The notes: generated from the sequence alone by a model not told the origin. 64,000 nucleotides of DNA from Lysobacterales bacterium (GCA_022844165.1 JALHMH010000008.1:73834-137833); one strand, 5' to 3'. Positions 49,019-57,208 are shown, numbered from the stretch's first letter. Translations and numbers: made by a program.

Positions 49019-49297
49019 TTAGCTCACCAACTCTCGATAGTGACGCGCTTCGCCAGGGCTGGCACTGCGCGCCGAAATGATTCGGACTACGTCTTCATCG
49101 CGCTCGGTCCAGACCACGAGCAGAACCGACCCGATGAATCCGCAACCGAGTGTCACGAACCGAGCTTCTTCTTCTGCATCAGGGTCTTCCCGCGTGATGC
49201 TCAGCGGATCAAGCAACGCTCCGATGGCGTCGGCAAAGTCAACATCGTGACGCTTGATGTTGGCAGCACGCTTTGATTCATCCCACTCGAAGTTCAT
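49019..49297 (-). CDS. brnT: BrnT-family RNase toxin
   Basis: FEWDESKRAANIKRHDVDF...RIISAR. Confidence 0.92.
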   Translation of the reverse strand: MNFEWDESKRAANIKRHDVDFADAIGALLDPLSITREDPDAEEEARFVTLGCGFIGSVLLVVWTERDEDVVRIISARSASPGEARHYRELVS

Positions 49298-49303
49298 GCC
49301 GCC

Positions 49304-49332
49304 AGTGTATGCACATCAAGCATACGACGCAA
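49304..49332 (-). promoter_or_regulatory. Sigma70 promoter and palindromic operator of brnTA
   Basis: Minus strand TTGCGT-17nt-TACACT-6nt-ATG; inverted repeat GTATGC-N7-GCATAC at 49307-49325. Confidence 0.65.
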
Positions 49333-49336
49333 GGGC

Positions 49337-50381
49337 GCGAAGCGCTGATCGCGCAGTATGGATCGCAATAGCAAGCGCATCAGCGGCGTGCGATGAGCGC
49401 CATTCTTACCTGCCGCAGCATACTCGGCTGCCTGGATTGGCGCTGCCCGGACTGCGCGGAGCGGCGCGAAACGCCGCGATCCTGCGGCCATCGCAATTGC
49501 CCGCAGTGTCAGAACCACACGACCACCGAATGGCTGGAGCGACAACGCGAGAAGCTGCTGCCCGTCGACTATTTCATGGTCACGTTTACGCTCCCTGCGG
49601 GGCTGCGAGCGCTGGCGCAAGCGCAGCCAAAGACGATGTACTCAGCCTTGTTCTGCGCCGCCTCCGAGACCCTCAAAGGCTTCGGCGAGCGCAAACTGCA
49701 CGCCGAACTCGGCCAGTGCGCGGTGCTGCACACGCACAACCGTCGACTCGATCTGCACCCGCACGTGCACATCGTCGTACCCGGCGGCGGCATCGACCGC
49801 AAACGCAAACAGTGGCGCAAGATTCAAGGCAGGTACTTGTTCAACACCTTCGCCCTCGCGCGCGTATTCCGCGCCAAAATGCTGCGCGCGCTTGAGCGTG
49901 CGGGCGTGTCGATACCGATCGGCTTGCCACCGAAGTGGGTGGTCGATTGCCGCAACGTCGGCCGCGGCGAACCGGCGCTTCGTTTCGTTTGCCTTGGCAA
50001 ACGAACGAATCAAAGACAGCTGTCGCGTTAACTCTATCGCGGCGTCATTCGCGAGCGCGATCTCGTGTCTTACGATGCGCAATCCGGCACTGTGACCTTC
50101 CGCTATATCGACGCCAGCACACAGCGGCCGGCGTATGCGAACTGCCCATCGCACAGTTCCTCTGGCATGTGCTGCAACACGTGTTGCCCATCGGTTTGCG
50201 TCGCGTGCGCGACGATGGGTTCCTGCACGGCAAAGCCAAAGCGCGACTGACGCTCGTGCAGCTGATCCTGCGCGTGCTCATCGCGCAGCGCGAACAAAAA
50301 CCCCGGCCGCCGCTATGCTGTCCGAAGTGCAAAACGCCGATGCGCTTGATTGGACCAATCTTGCGCAGGCCGGATGGATAA
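49337..50381 (+). pseudogene. IS91-family (HUH/Y2) transposase, disrupted
   Basis: Zn motif SCGHRNCPQCQ, YFMVTFTLP, HUH motif LHPHVH, LYRGVI, LQHVLP, RVRDDGFLH; in-frame stops and a frameshift. Confidence 0.9.
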
Positions 50382-50489
50382 ACCACCGATTGCGGATCGG
50401 CTTTTCGGTAAGCGTCCGACGCCGCACATCTAGATTCGGAGTTTTGTCTTCGCCAATCCTGTTCTCAACGCGACGTTGAGGCTAGATCG

Positions 50490-50678
50490 ATGCGAGGTGA
50501 GCGGTTGGGGGCGAGCGCGTGGTTTGCGCGGGTTTGGTTCTTTCAGCGTAGCGGCCTGAGTGCCCGAGCGTACTGCGCGGCGCAGGGCATTTCGTACTCG
50601 ACGTTCATGGGGTGGCGCTCGCGGCTGGTGCGCGAGCTGGCGGGTGGCCGTTTGCCGTTTCGGCGCTTCGTGCGATGA
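50490..50678 (+). CDS. tnpA: IS66 accessory protein TnpA
   Basis: HTH SGLSARAYCAAQGISYSTFMGW. Confidence 0.8.
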   Translation: MRGERLGASAWFARVWFFQRSGLSARAYCAAQGISYSTFMGWRSRLVRELAGGRLPFRRFVR

Positions 50679-51004
50679 CACCGACGCTGCCGTTGTTCGT
50701 GTGCGCTGAGGCGGTGGATTTTCGTCTCGGGATCGATGGTCTGGCGCTGCGGGTGCAGGCGAGTCTGGGTCCGCAGCGGGCGTTGAATGCTGCGCATGTG
50801 TTTTTCAATCGGGGGCGGGACAAGGTCAAGGTGCTGTGGTACGACCGGCACGGCTGGTGGTTGATGTACAAGCGCCTGGAGCGCGGTCGATTTGCCTCAA
50901 TACCGAGCGGCGCGCTGAGCGATGTTGAGCTGCGGTTGGTGCTCGAAGGCGTGGATTTATCGGTGCGTCGATTTGCCCCGGTACGCGGGGTGCGAGTGGC
51001 ATGA
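50675..51004 (+). CDS. tnpB: IS66 accessory protein TnpB
   Basis: VDFRLGIDGL, FFNRGRDKVKVLWYD, KRLERGRF. Confidence 0.92.
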   Translation: MTPTLPLFVCAEAVDFRLGIDGLALRVQASLGPQRALNAAHVFFNRGRDKVKVLWYDRHGWWLMYKRLERGRFASIPSGALSDVELRLVLEGVDLSVRRFAPVRGVRVA

Positions 51005-51078
51005 GAAGAGTATGGCTTTTTGCCGGCAATATGCTGATTTTGCTGGCTTTTTGCGTGGCGATTCGTAGTGTTTCTGAC

Positions 51079-52611
51079 ATGCAGATTGCCACCGACGATG
51101 CCCCAGTTCCTGCCGAAGTCCACCGCGCTGTGGTGGCCAAGCTTGAGGCGCTGACGATCGCATTCGAGAAACTTCAATTGCAGTTCCAAACGCTGCTCCG
51201 CCAGCGCTTCGGATCGAGCAGCGAGAACATCAAACAAATCCCACTGTTCGGCAGCATGGATGTCGAAGTTATCGAACAGGACAAGGTGTCGACGCCCGCG
51301 CCGCCGGCGAAGAAGGTCGTGGCGCGCGAGCGCGTGCTGTTGCCCAAAGACTTGCCAGTGATACGCGAAGTGATCGATGTGCCGGAGGCCGACAAGCTCG
51401 CGGCCGACGGCACGCCGAAGACGCAGATCGGCGAAGAGATCACGGTGAAGCTGGGCTATCGCCCGGCGGCATTCTTCAAGCGCGAGATCGTGCGGCCGAA
51501 GTACGCCGATCCGGCGGTGCCGGAGGCGGGCGTGACGATCGCTGCGCTGCCGCCGCAACTGCTCGATGGTTCGTTTCTTGACGCCACCTTAGGCGCTCAC
51601 CTGCTGGTCTCGAAATATGGCGATCACCTGCCGCTGTATCGCCTGGAAGACATCTACGCACGCGGCGGCGTGGCGCTGTCGCGCAGCACCTTGTGCGATT
51701 GGGTGATCGTGCTGACGGATCGCTGGCTGCGGCCGCTGGCGCAGGCGCTGAAGGTGCAACTGCTGCAGCAGAACGTGATCCATGTCGATGAGACGCCGCT
51801 GCCGCTGCAGCGCGATGGTCGGGTGGTCAAAGCGCGGCAATGGACCTACACCAGCCGCGATCCGAAGATCACGCTGTACGAGTTCACCGAGGACAAGGAA
51901 GGCGTGCACGTTCGCGAGTTCTTGCAAGGCTGGCGCGGGTATCTGCAAGCCGATGCCGCGAGCAATTACGATGCGCTATATCGCACGCGGCCTGAGGTGG
52001 TCGAAGTCGGATGCTGGGCGCATGCGCGGCGCAAGTTCTTCGATGTCGCAGCGGCAGCGGATAAGAACGCCAAGCCGGGCGAGAAGCCGCAGCGCATCCT
52101 CGCGCATGATGCGCTGGAGATGATCGGCGAGCTGTTCGCCATCGAACGCGCGGCCACTGAGGCGGGCGACGATCACAAACAGCGGCGAGCGCGGCGACGA
52201 TCGCAGGCGCAACCTGTCCTCGACAAGATCAAAGCCTGGTGCGAAGACAAACTTGCAGACGTCCTGCCGAAATCACCGACGGCGGGTGCGCTCAGCTATC
52301 TGCTCAAGCGCTGGGACGTGTTCACGCGTTACTTAGAAGACGGTCGCATCGCCATCGACAACAACGCCGCCGAGCGCGCATTGCGGCCGGTGACGATCGG
52401 TCGCAAGAACTGGCTATTCGCCGGTAGCAACCGCGGCGGCGACGCGTGCGCCATCGCCATGAGTTTGATCGCCACCGCCAAGGCACATGGCCACGATCCG
52501 CTCGCGTATCTCACCGATGTGCTGGCGCGATTGCCGACGCTGAAGGCCAAAGACATCGACAGCTTGCTGCCGATGAATTGGACAGCGCCAAAACAACCAA
52601 CGACTGCCTGA
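51079..52611 (+). CDS. tnpC: IS66 DDE transposase TnpC
   Basis: HLPLYR, HVDET, CWAHARRKF, IDNNAAERALR, GRKNWLF. Confidence 0.95.
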   Translation: MQIATDDAPVPAEVHRAVVAKLEALTIAFEKLQLQFQTLLRQRFGSSSENIKQIPLFGSMDVEVIEQDKVSTPAPPAKKVVARERVLLPKDLPVIREVIDVPEADKLAADGTPKTQIGEEITVKLGYRPAAFFKREIVRPKYADPAVPEAGVTIAALPPQLLDGSFLDATLGAHLLVSKYGDHLPLYRLEDIYARGGVALSRSTLCDWVIVLTDRWLRPLAQALKVQLLQQNVIHVDETPLPLQRDGRVVKARQWTYTSRDPKITLYEFTEDKEGVHVREFLQGWRGYLQADAASNYDALYRTRPEVVEVGCWAHARRKFFDVAAAADKNAKPGEKPQRILAHDALEMIGELFAIERAATEAGDDHKQRRARRRSQAQPVLDKIKAWCEDKLADVLPKSPTAGALSYLLKRWDVFTRYLEDGRIAIDNNAAERALRPVTIGRKNWLFAGSNRGGDACAIAMSLIATAKAHGHDPLAYLTDVLARLPTLKAKDIDSLLPMNWTAPKQPTTA

Positions 52612-52928
52612 TCCGGCGATGTTTGGCTAGATGTGCGGCGTCGGACGGATACGCTTTTCGCAACTCCAACAAGCCCACCGATCCGCAGCCCCGCGCACTG
52701 TTTGACGACAGCATCGAACACAGCGCCGGCCACTCATTTTGCAAAGGAGATTACGCAACGACTCGACGATTCAACCGCATCGCAAACGCACCGCTCAGCG
52801 CAGAGCACGGCTAAACTCGGCCAACGTTTATCGATGCGCCCACAGCCAATCGGCAACGCGCCAGACAACAGCCAAAGCGCGAAGATCTTTCCCCTATAAA
52901 GATGACACCAACCTGCGAGACCGGGCTT

Positions 52929-52981
52929 GTTCAACCCGGGATAGATCGCGGCTTCGCGCGATCTATCCCTATTCGTTAGGC
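52929..52981 (+). other. Element-borne attC-like terminal hairpin (copy B)
   Basis: GTTCAAC-CC-GGGATAGATCGCG-GCTTCG-CGCGATCTATCCC-TATTC-GTTAGGC. Confidence 0.75.
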
Positions 52982-53377
52982 CGCACTCGTGGCAGTGGAA
53001 GGCTGGAAGTAGATGTAGCGCCAGACTACCTGCCAGCCAGATGAGCCAAGTTCGAAGAAGAGTTGGTCTGTTCCTTCCTCCGACTTGGGTCCGCTCTCGC
53101 GCTGGTAGGTCATTCTCCAGTTAAACGTGTAGACAGCGCTTGTTTCCCAAGTCCTGAGCACGTGACTCGACTCTGAGTACTCGAGCACAGCAGCGTTGCT
53201 TGCGAACTCTCGATAGCTCTCGGCGCACTTCTCCCCACCAGCGGCAAACTCGACAAACCCTGGGCCAACTATGACCGCCTTTTGGTGAAAGCAGTCCTCC
53301 AGTCCGTCAAACTGCTTCGTCTTCCATGCGGCATCGATGATTCCAATTACCTTCCGTATAGCGGTCTCGTCTGGCAT
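52976..53377 (-). CDS. Cassette gene, NTF2/SnoaL-like protein
   Basis: GGAGGA RBS; NTF2-like pattern; stop lies within GCCTAAC. Confidence 0.8.
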   Translation of the reverse strand: MPDETAIRKVIGIIDAAWKTKQFDGLEDCFHQKAVIVGPGFVEFAAGGEKCAESYREFASNAAVLEYSESSHVLRTWETSAVYTFNWRMTYQRESGPKSEEGTDQLFFELGSSGWQVVWRYIYFQPSTATSAA

Positions 53378-53450
53378 CTTGGTCCTCCACGGGTTCAAGG
53401 CGCTTCGCCCGGATTCTGCTGCAGAAGAGGGGCAGTGCGGTTCCTGTGCG

Positions 53451-53585
53451 GCCTAACGTTGCGATAAGCGGTAGTTTTTCTGTTGCGCTTTTGAGTTACA
53501 CTCAATGAGCACCGCGAATTTAAAAGCGCAACAGAAAAACTATCCAGTGGAGCGAAGCGGAACGAGCTTGATCGCCTTGTTAGCG
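53451..53585 (-). other. Long AT-rich attC (135 bp)
   Basis: GCCTAAC...GTTAGCG on + with a long internal stem TAGTTTTTCTGTTGCGCTTTT / AAAAGCGCAACAGAAAAACTA. Confidence 0.9.
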
Positions 53586-53586
53586 A

Positions 53587-54021
53587 TTACCAAAATTTCC
53601 ACCATGATTTTTTCGCGTTGCCACTTCCAAAGCCTTCAGGGTGCTTCACGCCAGAATCACCGATTATTTCCCAAGACGCTTTTGAGTCAACATACATATG
53701 ATGAGCCACCTTTAGCTTTTCTTGGCCAACAGTAATGGTGCCCACAGGAATGTACATATTGCTTTCGTCATTCTCTCCAGGAAGCGCTGACCCACAAACA
53801 CTGCAAAAGTATGAATGCCAATCATGCTTGGGCTTTGACCAGTAAGTTATCTTGTCTTGGCCTCTTATCCAAGTGAACTTGTCGCGCCCGACTATCGACA
53901 CAGCGATTCCACCGCTACCGGTCGATTTGCGACAGATCGAACAATGGCAGATGAACACGTCCGAAATTTCGGTATCTACTTTGTACGCAACAGCTCCGCA
54001 GTTACATTCTCCCTCAATCAC
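53587..54021 (-). CDS. Cassette gene, GFA family (CENP-V/Mss4-like Zn protein)
   Basis: GECNCG, CHCSICRK, FCSVCGS. Confidence 0.9.
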   Translation of the reverse strand: MIEGECNCGAVAYKVDTEISDVFICHCSICRKSTGSGGIAVSIVGRDKFTWIRGQDKITYWSKPKHDWHSYFCSVCGSALPGENDESNMYIPVGTITVGQEKLKVAHHMYVDSKASWEIIGDSGVKHPEGFGSGNAKKSWWKFW

Positions 54022-54045
54022 GTTTTGACTCCTCTTCGTGTGCCC

Positions 54046-54118
54046 CGCTAACGCTGGAGCTAAGCGGCCACATCAATCGCGAAGCGATTGATTGGTCCGC
54101 TTGAGCGAACTGTTGAAC
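54046..54118 (-). other. attC body whose R'' box is supplied by the element's 5' end
   Basis: Minus strand GTTCAAC-AGTTC-GCTCAAGC...GCTTAGC-TCCAGC-GTTAGCG. Confidence 0.9.
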
Positions 54119-54224
54119 GAAGCCGCTACGCGGAGAAGTGGTCTTCGGGATGAGGATTGCGGCGTAATCTTCACGGGCATTCCTTCGCGGACCGGGGGAG
54201 TGATTGTGCCTTCAACCGTGAGGA

Positions 54225-55385
54225 ATGACTACCATGACAGGCTTGTCCGACGAACAAGATCGTGCGCGCTTTGATGCGCTGTATCAGTGCCACCTGAAGC
54301 ACCTCAAACTCAAGGGTTTGCAGCCCAAAACCATCGAAGCTTATTCGCGTGCGGTGCGGCGTGCGGGGGCGTATTTCGGGTATCGCATCGAAGCGCTCAG
54401 CGAGCCGCAGTTACGCGACTACTTCACCGAGCTGATCGGCTCGCATTCCTGGAGCACGGTTAAGCTCGATCTTTACGGCTTGCAGTTCTTTACCCAGCAC
54501 GTGCTGAAGCAACCGTGGACAGCACCGGGATTGATCAAGCCGCCTAACACGTTGTTGAGAAACGCACTTCCTGTGCGTTTCTCAAGTCGCGAGTCCGGCA
54601 CATGTCCGGACTCGCTCTGCATGGATCAAGCACTTACGTGCTTGACCCATGTGCGAACCATCCATGGTTCGCGCCCGCAGGCTGTTTCTCAACAGCCTGC
54701 TAAGTCGCAACGTCTGCCGAACATTGTCAGCGTCGCTGAGGCGTCGCGGATTTTCGCCGCCACGCGCGTGCTGAGCTACCGGGTGTTTTTCTTTACGCTC
54801 TACAGCATGGGTCTGCGGCTCGGCGAAGGTCTGTGTTTGCAGATTGGCGATATCGACGCGGCGCGTTCTCGGGTCACATCCGCAACGCTAAGGGCCTCAA
54901 GGACCGACTGGTTCCGCTGCCGAACGCCACCTTGCAGTGGCTGCGCAGCTTCTGGCGCATCCATCGCAACCCGCGCTTGCTGTTTCCCAATCGCTCGCAA
55001 GGACGGCGTCATCCGCGAAGACGACATCCTGGCTTGCGAGGACGGTCACGTGCGCTTTCGCTACCGCAATGGCAAGACCGGTGCGCTCCAAGAGCGCAGC
55101 TTACCCGGTGCGCAGTTTCTCATGCTGATCCTGCAGCATGTGTTGCCCAGAGGCTTTCGCCGCGCGCGTAACTTCGGCTTCCTGCATCCCAATCGCAAAC
55201 GCCTCCTCGCGCTGCTCTCCGTGGTGTTGCCGTTCGTGCCACCGCACAGCGCAGCCATCAAACCGCGACCAGCCATCCGATGCGCCTGCTGTGGCGCCGC
55301 CATGGCCATCACCAGCACACGGCTCCACCGCTCGACCACGGCCGATGTCCTGGCAACACAATCAACGGCGAACTCGGCTATGTAA
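54225..55385 (+). pseudogene. Tyrosine recombinase N-half fused by deletion to the IS91-type transposase C-terminus
   Basis: SAM-like N-domain (KTIEAYSRAVRR), YSMGLRLGEG box I, shifted frame IRNAKGLKDRLVPLP...LLFPN, then GVIREDDIL...LQHVLPRGFRRARNFGFLH and CxxC. Confidence 0.88.
54548..54699. mobile_element. 152-bp MITE with CTAA target duplication
   Basis: 16-bp TIRs CACGTTGTTGAGAAAC / GTTTCTCAACAGCCTG (14/16); CTAA at 54544-54547 and 54700-54703; removal restores IKPPKSQRLP. Confidence 0.9.
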
Positions 55386-55615
55386 CCCCACTCGCCACCA
55401 CCGCTGCCATTGGAGATCGGCGCCAGAGAGCCAAGACCTGCACATGGCAGCAGCCCACGAAACGAGAGGCCAAATCAGCGCAAATCGCCCCACGTCGATC
55501 CCGCAACATCCAACCGCGACAATACCGCCACCCATGACATCGAATTCGACCGATGTCGCGACGACACCCTCCAAAAGCTATTTCCTTGGGCGCGACAGAC
55601 GCCACGCAGGGGCTC

Positions 55616-55670
55616 ATCTAACAAACGCTTCAGATCGCGGCTGCGTGCGATCTAAGCTTATTCGTTAGAC
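55616..55670 (+). other. Element-borne attC-like terminal hairpin (copy C)
   Basis: ATCTAAC-AAAC-GCTT(C)AGATCGC...GCGATCTAAGC-TTATTC-GTTAGAC; polarity is + although the array is -. Confidence 0.78.
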
Positions 55671-56050
55671 GTATGTTCAAAACGCACCGACACGTACTCC
55701 GCATTGTCCTCAAATATCTCCAATACGATGTGCCAGAGTGTTGCTCCTCGACAGGCCTCAGCTTCGGAAAGGTGGATTGCGACACTCTCCCGATTGTTTT
55801 CATGGCATGTCTCGAGCATATCCTTGTACCAAAGCACCGTGGCTCTATGACCCAATACCTCCGGCATTTGTTCGGAGTTCAATAAGACCAGAACGTATGG
55901 TTTTTGATCCGGCCAAGAAAGACAGTCATTAAGCGCGTCAAGACTACCCTTCCAATTGCCACCACAAGGCTTGATCAGCCCGTCATTCAATGCAGTAACA
56001 AACGAAGAAAAATCCCGAACTCCCTTACAATTCACCCTGTACTCGGTCAT
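55658..56050 (-). CDS. Cassette gene, barstar-family protein
   Basis: GSLDALNDCL motif; ATG 2 nt after GTTAGAC. Confidence 0.8.
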   Translation of the reverse strand: MTEYRVNCKGVRDFSSFVTALNDGLIKPCGGNWKGSLDALNDCLSWPDQKPYVLVLLNSEQMPEVLGHRATVLWYKDMLETCHENNRESVAIHLSEAEACRGATLWHIVLEIFEDNAEYVSVRFEHTSNE

Positions 56051-56052
56051 AC

Positions 56053-56143
56053 GTCTAACAACGAAGCTAACCGGCGCCGGGCCGGCAAGGTTTGGTTGAC
56101 GCCGCAGTGCCCACCCGGCGTCCGGTGGGGCGCCTAGTTAGGT
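56053..56143 (-). other. attC site
   Basis: Minus strand ACCTAAC-TAGGC-GCCCCACC...GGTTAGC-TTCGTT-GTTAGAC. Confidence 0.85.
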
Positions 56144-56155
56144 AGATAGCCCAGA

Positions 56156-56467
56156 CTACTCGTCCCATGTGTCCTCCACTAATCGAGTTGCGATTGAGTC
56201 CGGATACGGAATGCGCGTACCTAAGCGTTTCAACACGTCTTCGTAGTGCTGGAGTTGACCTTCGAGCGTTTGCGCGAATTCAAAGAATGTGAAGTATGCC
56301 TCTTCGTCACGCCGCTGTTTTGCGTCCGCCAAAGCATTTACCAGATGTCGGTGAAGAGAACTCAGAGAGTCTCCCTGCATTACGATCCCGGGAAAATGTC
56401 GTCCAGGCATCTGTACAATGCCGCTATTCGAGAAGTGCGAGAGAATCTTTGCGTATTCTTGAGGCAT
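56156..56467 (-). CDS. Cassette gene, small hypothetical protein (DUF6959-like)
   Basis: MPGRHFPGIVMQGDSL...YEDVL...PY; cassette starts at GTTAGGT (56484-56478). Confidence 0.78.
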   Translation of the reverse strand: MPQEYAKILSHFSNSGIVQMPGRHFPGIVMQGDSLSSLHRHLVNALADAKQRRDEEAYFTFFEFAQTLEGQLQHYEDVLKRLGTRIPYPDSIATRLVEDTWDE

Positions 56468-56815
56468 GGCGACTGGTACCTAACTAAAAATAGACGACAA
56501 CAAGGCTACCCTGCGGTGTCGTCTAGTCGCAAGCCTACCCACAGATGGCGTGCCATGGCTTCTGCAAGCCGCCAATAGCAAACCTAAAACTCTGCGGACA
56601 GATTTGCGGCACAGAAGCAACAACAACTTTCTCGACAGCCCGCGCGCCTGCGTAACCCAAAGCACCGGCCACATCGCTCAGTCTGTCGATCTCCACTGCG
56701 CAACGCAGCAATGGATACGAAAACGTCAACGAGCTGGCGGATCGGGTGTCAGTGACCGACACACATTGGCATCTGGTCGGGTCCGAGGCGCGCGGTTTGA
56801 CGTCGAGCGCCGGGC

Positions 56816-57208
56816 TTATTCCGGATCGCCGACGACGATGACGTCGAGATCCTCACCCATATTGTCCCCGGCGAATGCCCGGTACACCGGGAACCATGCG
56901 GATCCGCCGCCTTCCACGTTGATGCCGATCCAGAAATTGTAGCTCTGCGGATTGCCGTTGGGCTTTGCGGCGTCCAGGTTGAGCTGGCTGGTGGTCCAGT
57001 GGGTCATCGTGAATTTGCCATTGCCATCGGGATTGAACGCAATGGGTTTCCCGGTGAGTTGAACGGCCCCGGAGGGTGGCGAGCTTGACGGCAGGCCGAA
57101 GACAAAATTGCTCGCACTTATCGTGAAAGCGCCGCCCTCGGGCAGGTGCAGGGGCTGTGCGGAAGCCCTGCCAGCGCTGAGATCAACTTTGATATCGGGA
57201 TCGGTCAT
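56816..57208 (-). CDS. Small beta-rich hypothetical protein downstream of the kinase
   Basis: AGGAG RBS before MTDPDIKV; GC3-biased codons. Confidence 0.7.
   Translation of the reverse strand: MTDPDIKVDLSAGRASAQPLHLPEGGAFTISASNFVFGLPSSSPPSGAVQLTGKPIAFNPDGNGKFTMTHWTTSQLNLDAAKPNGNPQSYNFWIGINVEGGGSAWFPVYRAFAGDNMGEDLDVIVVGDPE

Larger units (their letters stand above)
50408..52652 (+). mobile_element. IS66-family insertion sequence, apparently intact (2245 bp)
   Basis: 26-bp TIRs GTAAGCGTCCGACGCCGCACATCTAG (24/26 match); 8-bp TSD GCTTTTCG at 50400-50407 and 52653-52660. Confidence 0.96.
49337..52975 (+). mobile_element. 3' portion (copy B) of the tyrosine-recombinase/IS91-like element, interrupted by IS66
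   Basis: Y2 transposase remnant, non-coding tail and a terminal attC-like hairpin related to that of copy C. Confidence 0.8.
54113..55664 (+). mobile_element. Internally deleted tyrosine-recombinase/IS91-like element (copy C), both ends present
   Basis: 5' end shared with copy A, 3' hairpin related to copy B; inverted relative to the flanking cassettes. Confidence 0.85.
47342..56484. mobile_element. Integron cassette array without integrase (CALIN), two converging halves
   Basis: Several attC sites; cassettes with matching core pairs GTTAGAG/CTCTAAC, GTTGGGC/GCCCAAC, GTTAGGT/ACCTAAC, GTTAGAC/GTCTAAC, GTTAGCG/CGCTAAC, GTTAGGC/GCCTAAC; small lower-GC ORFs; no intI in the window. Confidence 0.88.

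Noticed and set aside
54225-55000. Integron integrase intI
   Set aside because: It lies inside the array, is fused to an IS91 transposase tail, and is truncated before the region where the IntI-specific insertion would be.
54225-55385. Novel functional recombinase-transposase fusion protein
   Set aside because: Contains a frameshift, a MITE and a deletion; lacks the recombinase HxxR/Tyr and the transposase HUH motif.
47342-56484. CRISPR array
   Set aside because: Repeats are non-identical attC hairpins separated by gene-sized units; no cas genes.
47089-56484. Prophage or ICE
   Set aside because: No structural, replication or conjugation genes and no tRNA att site.
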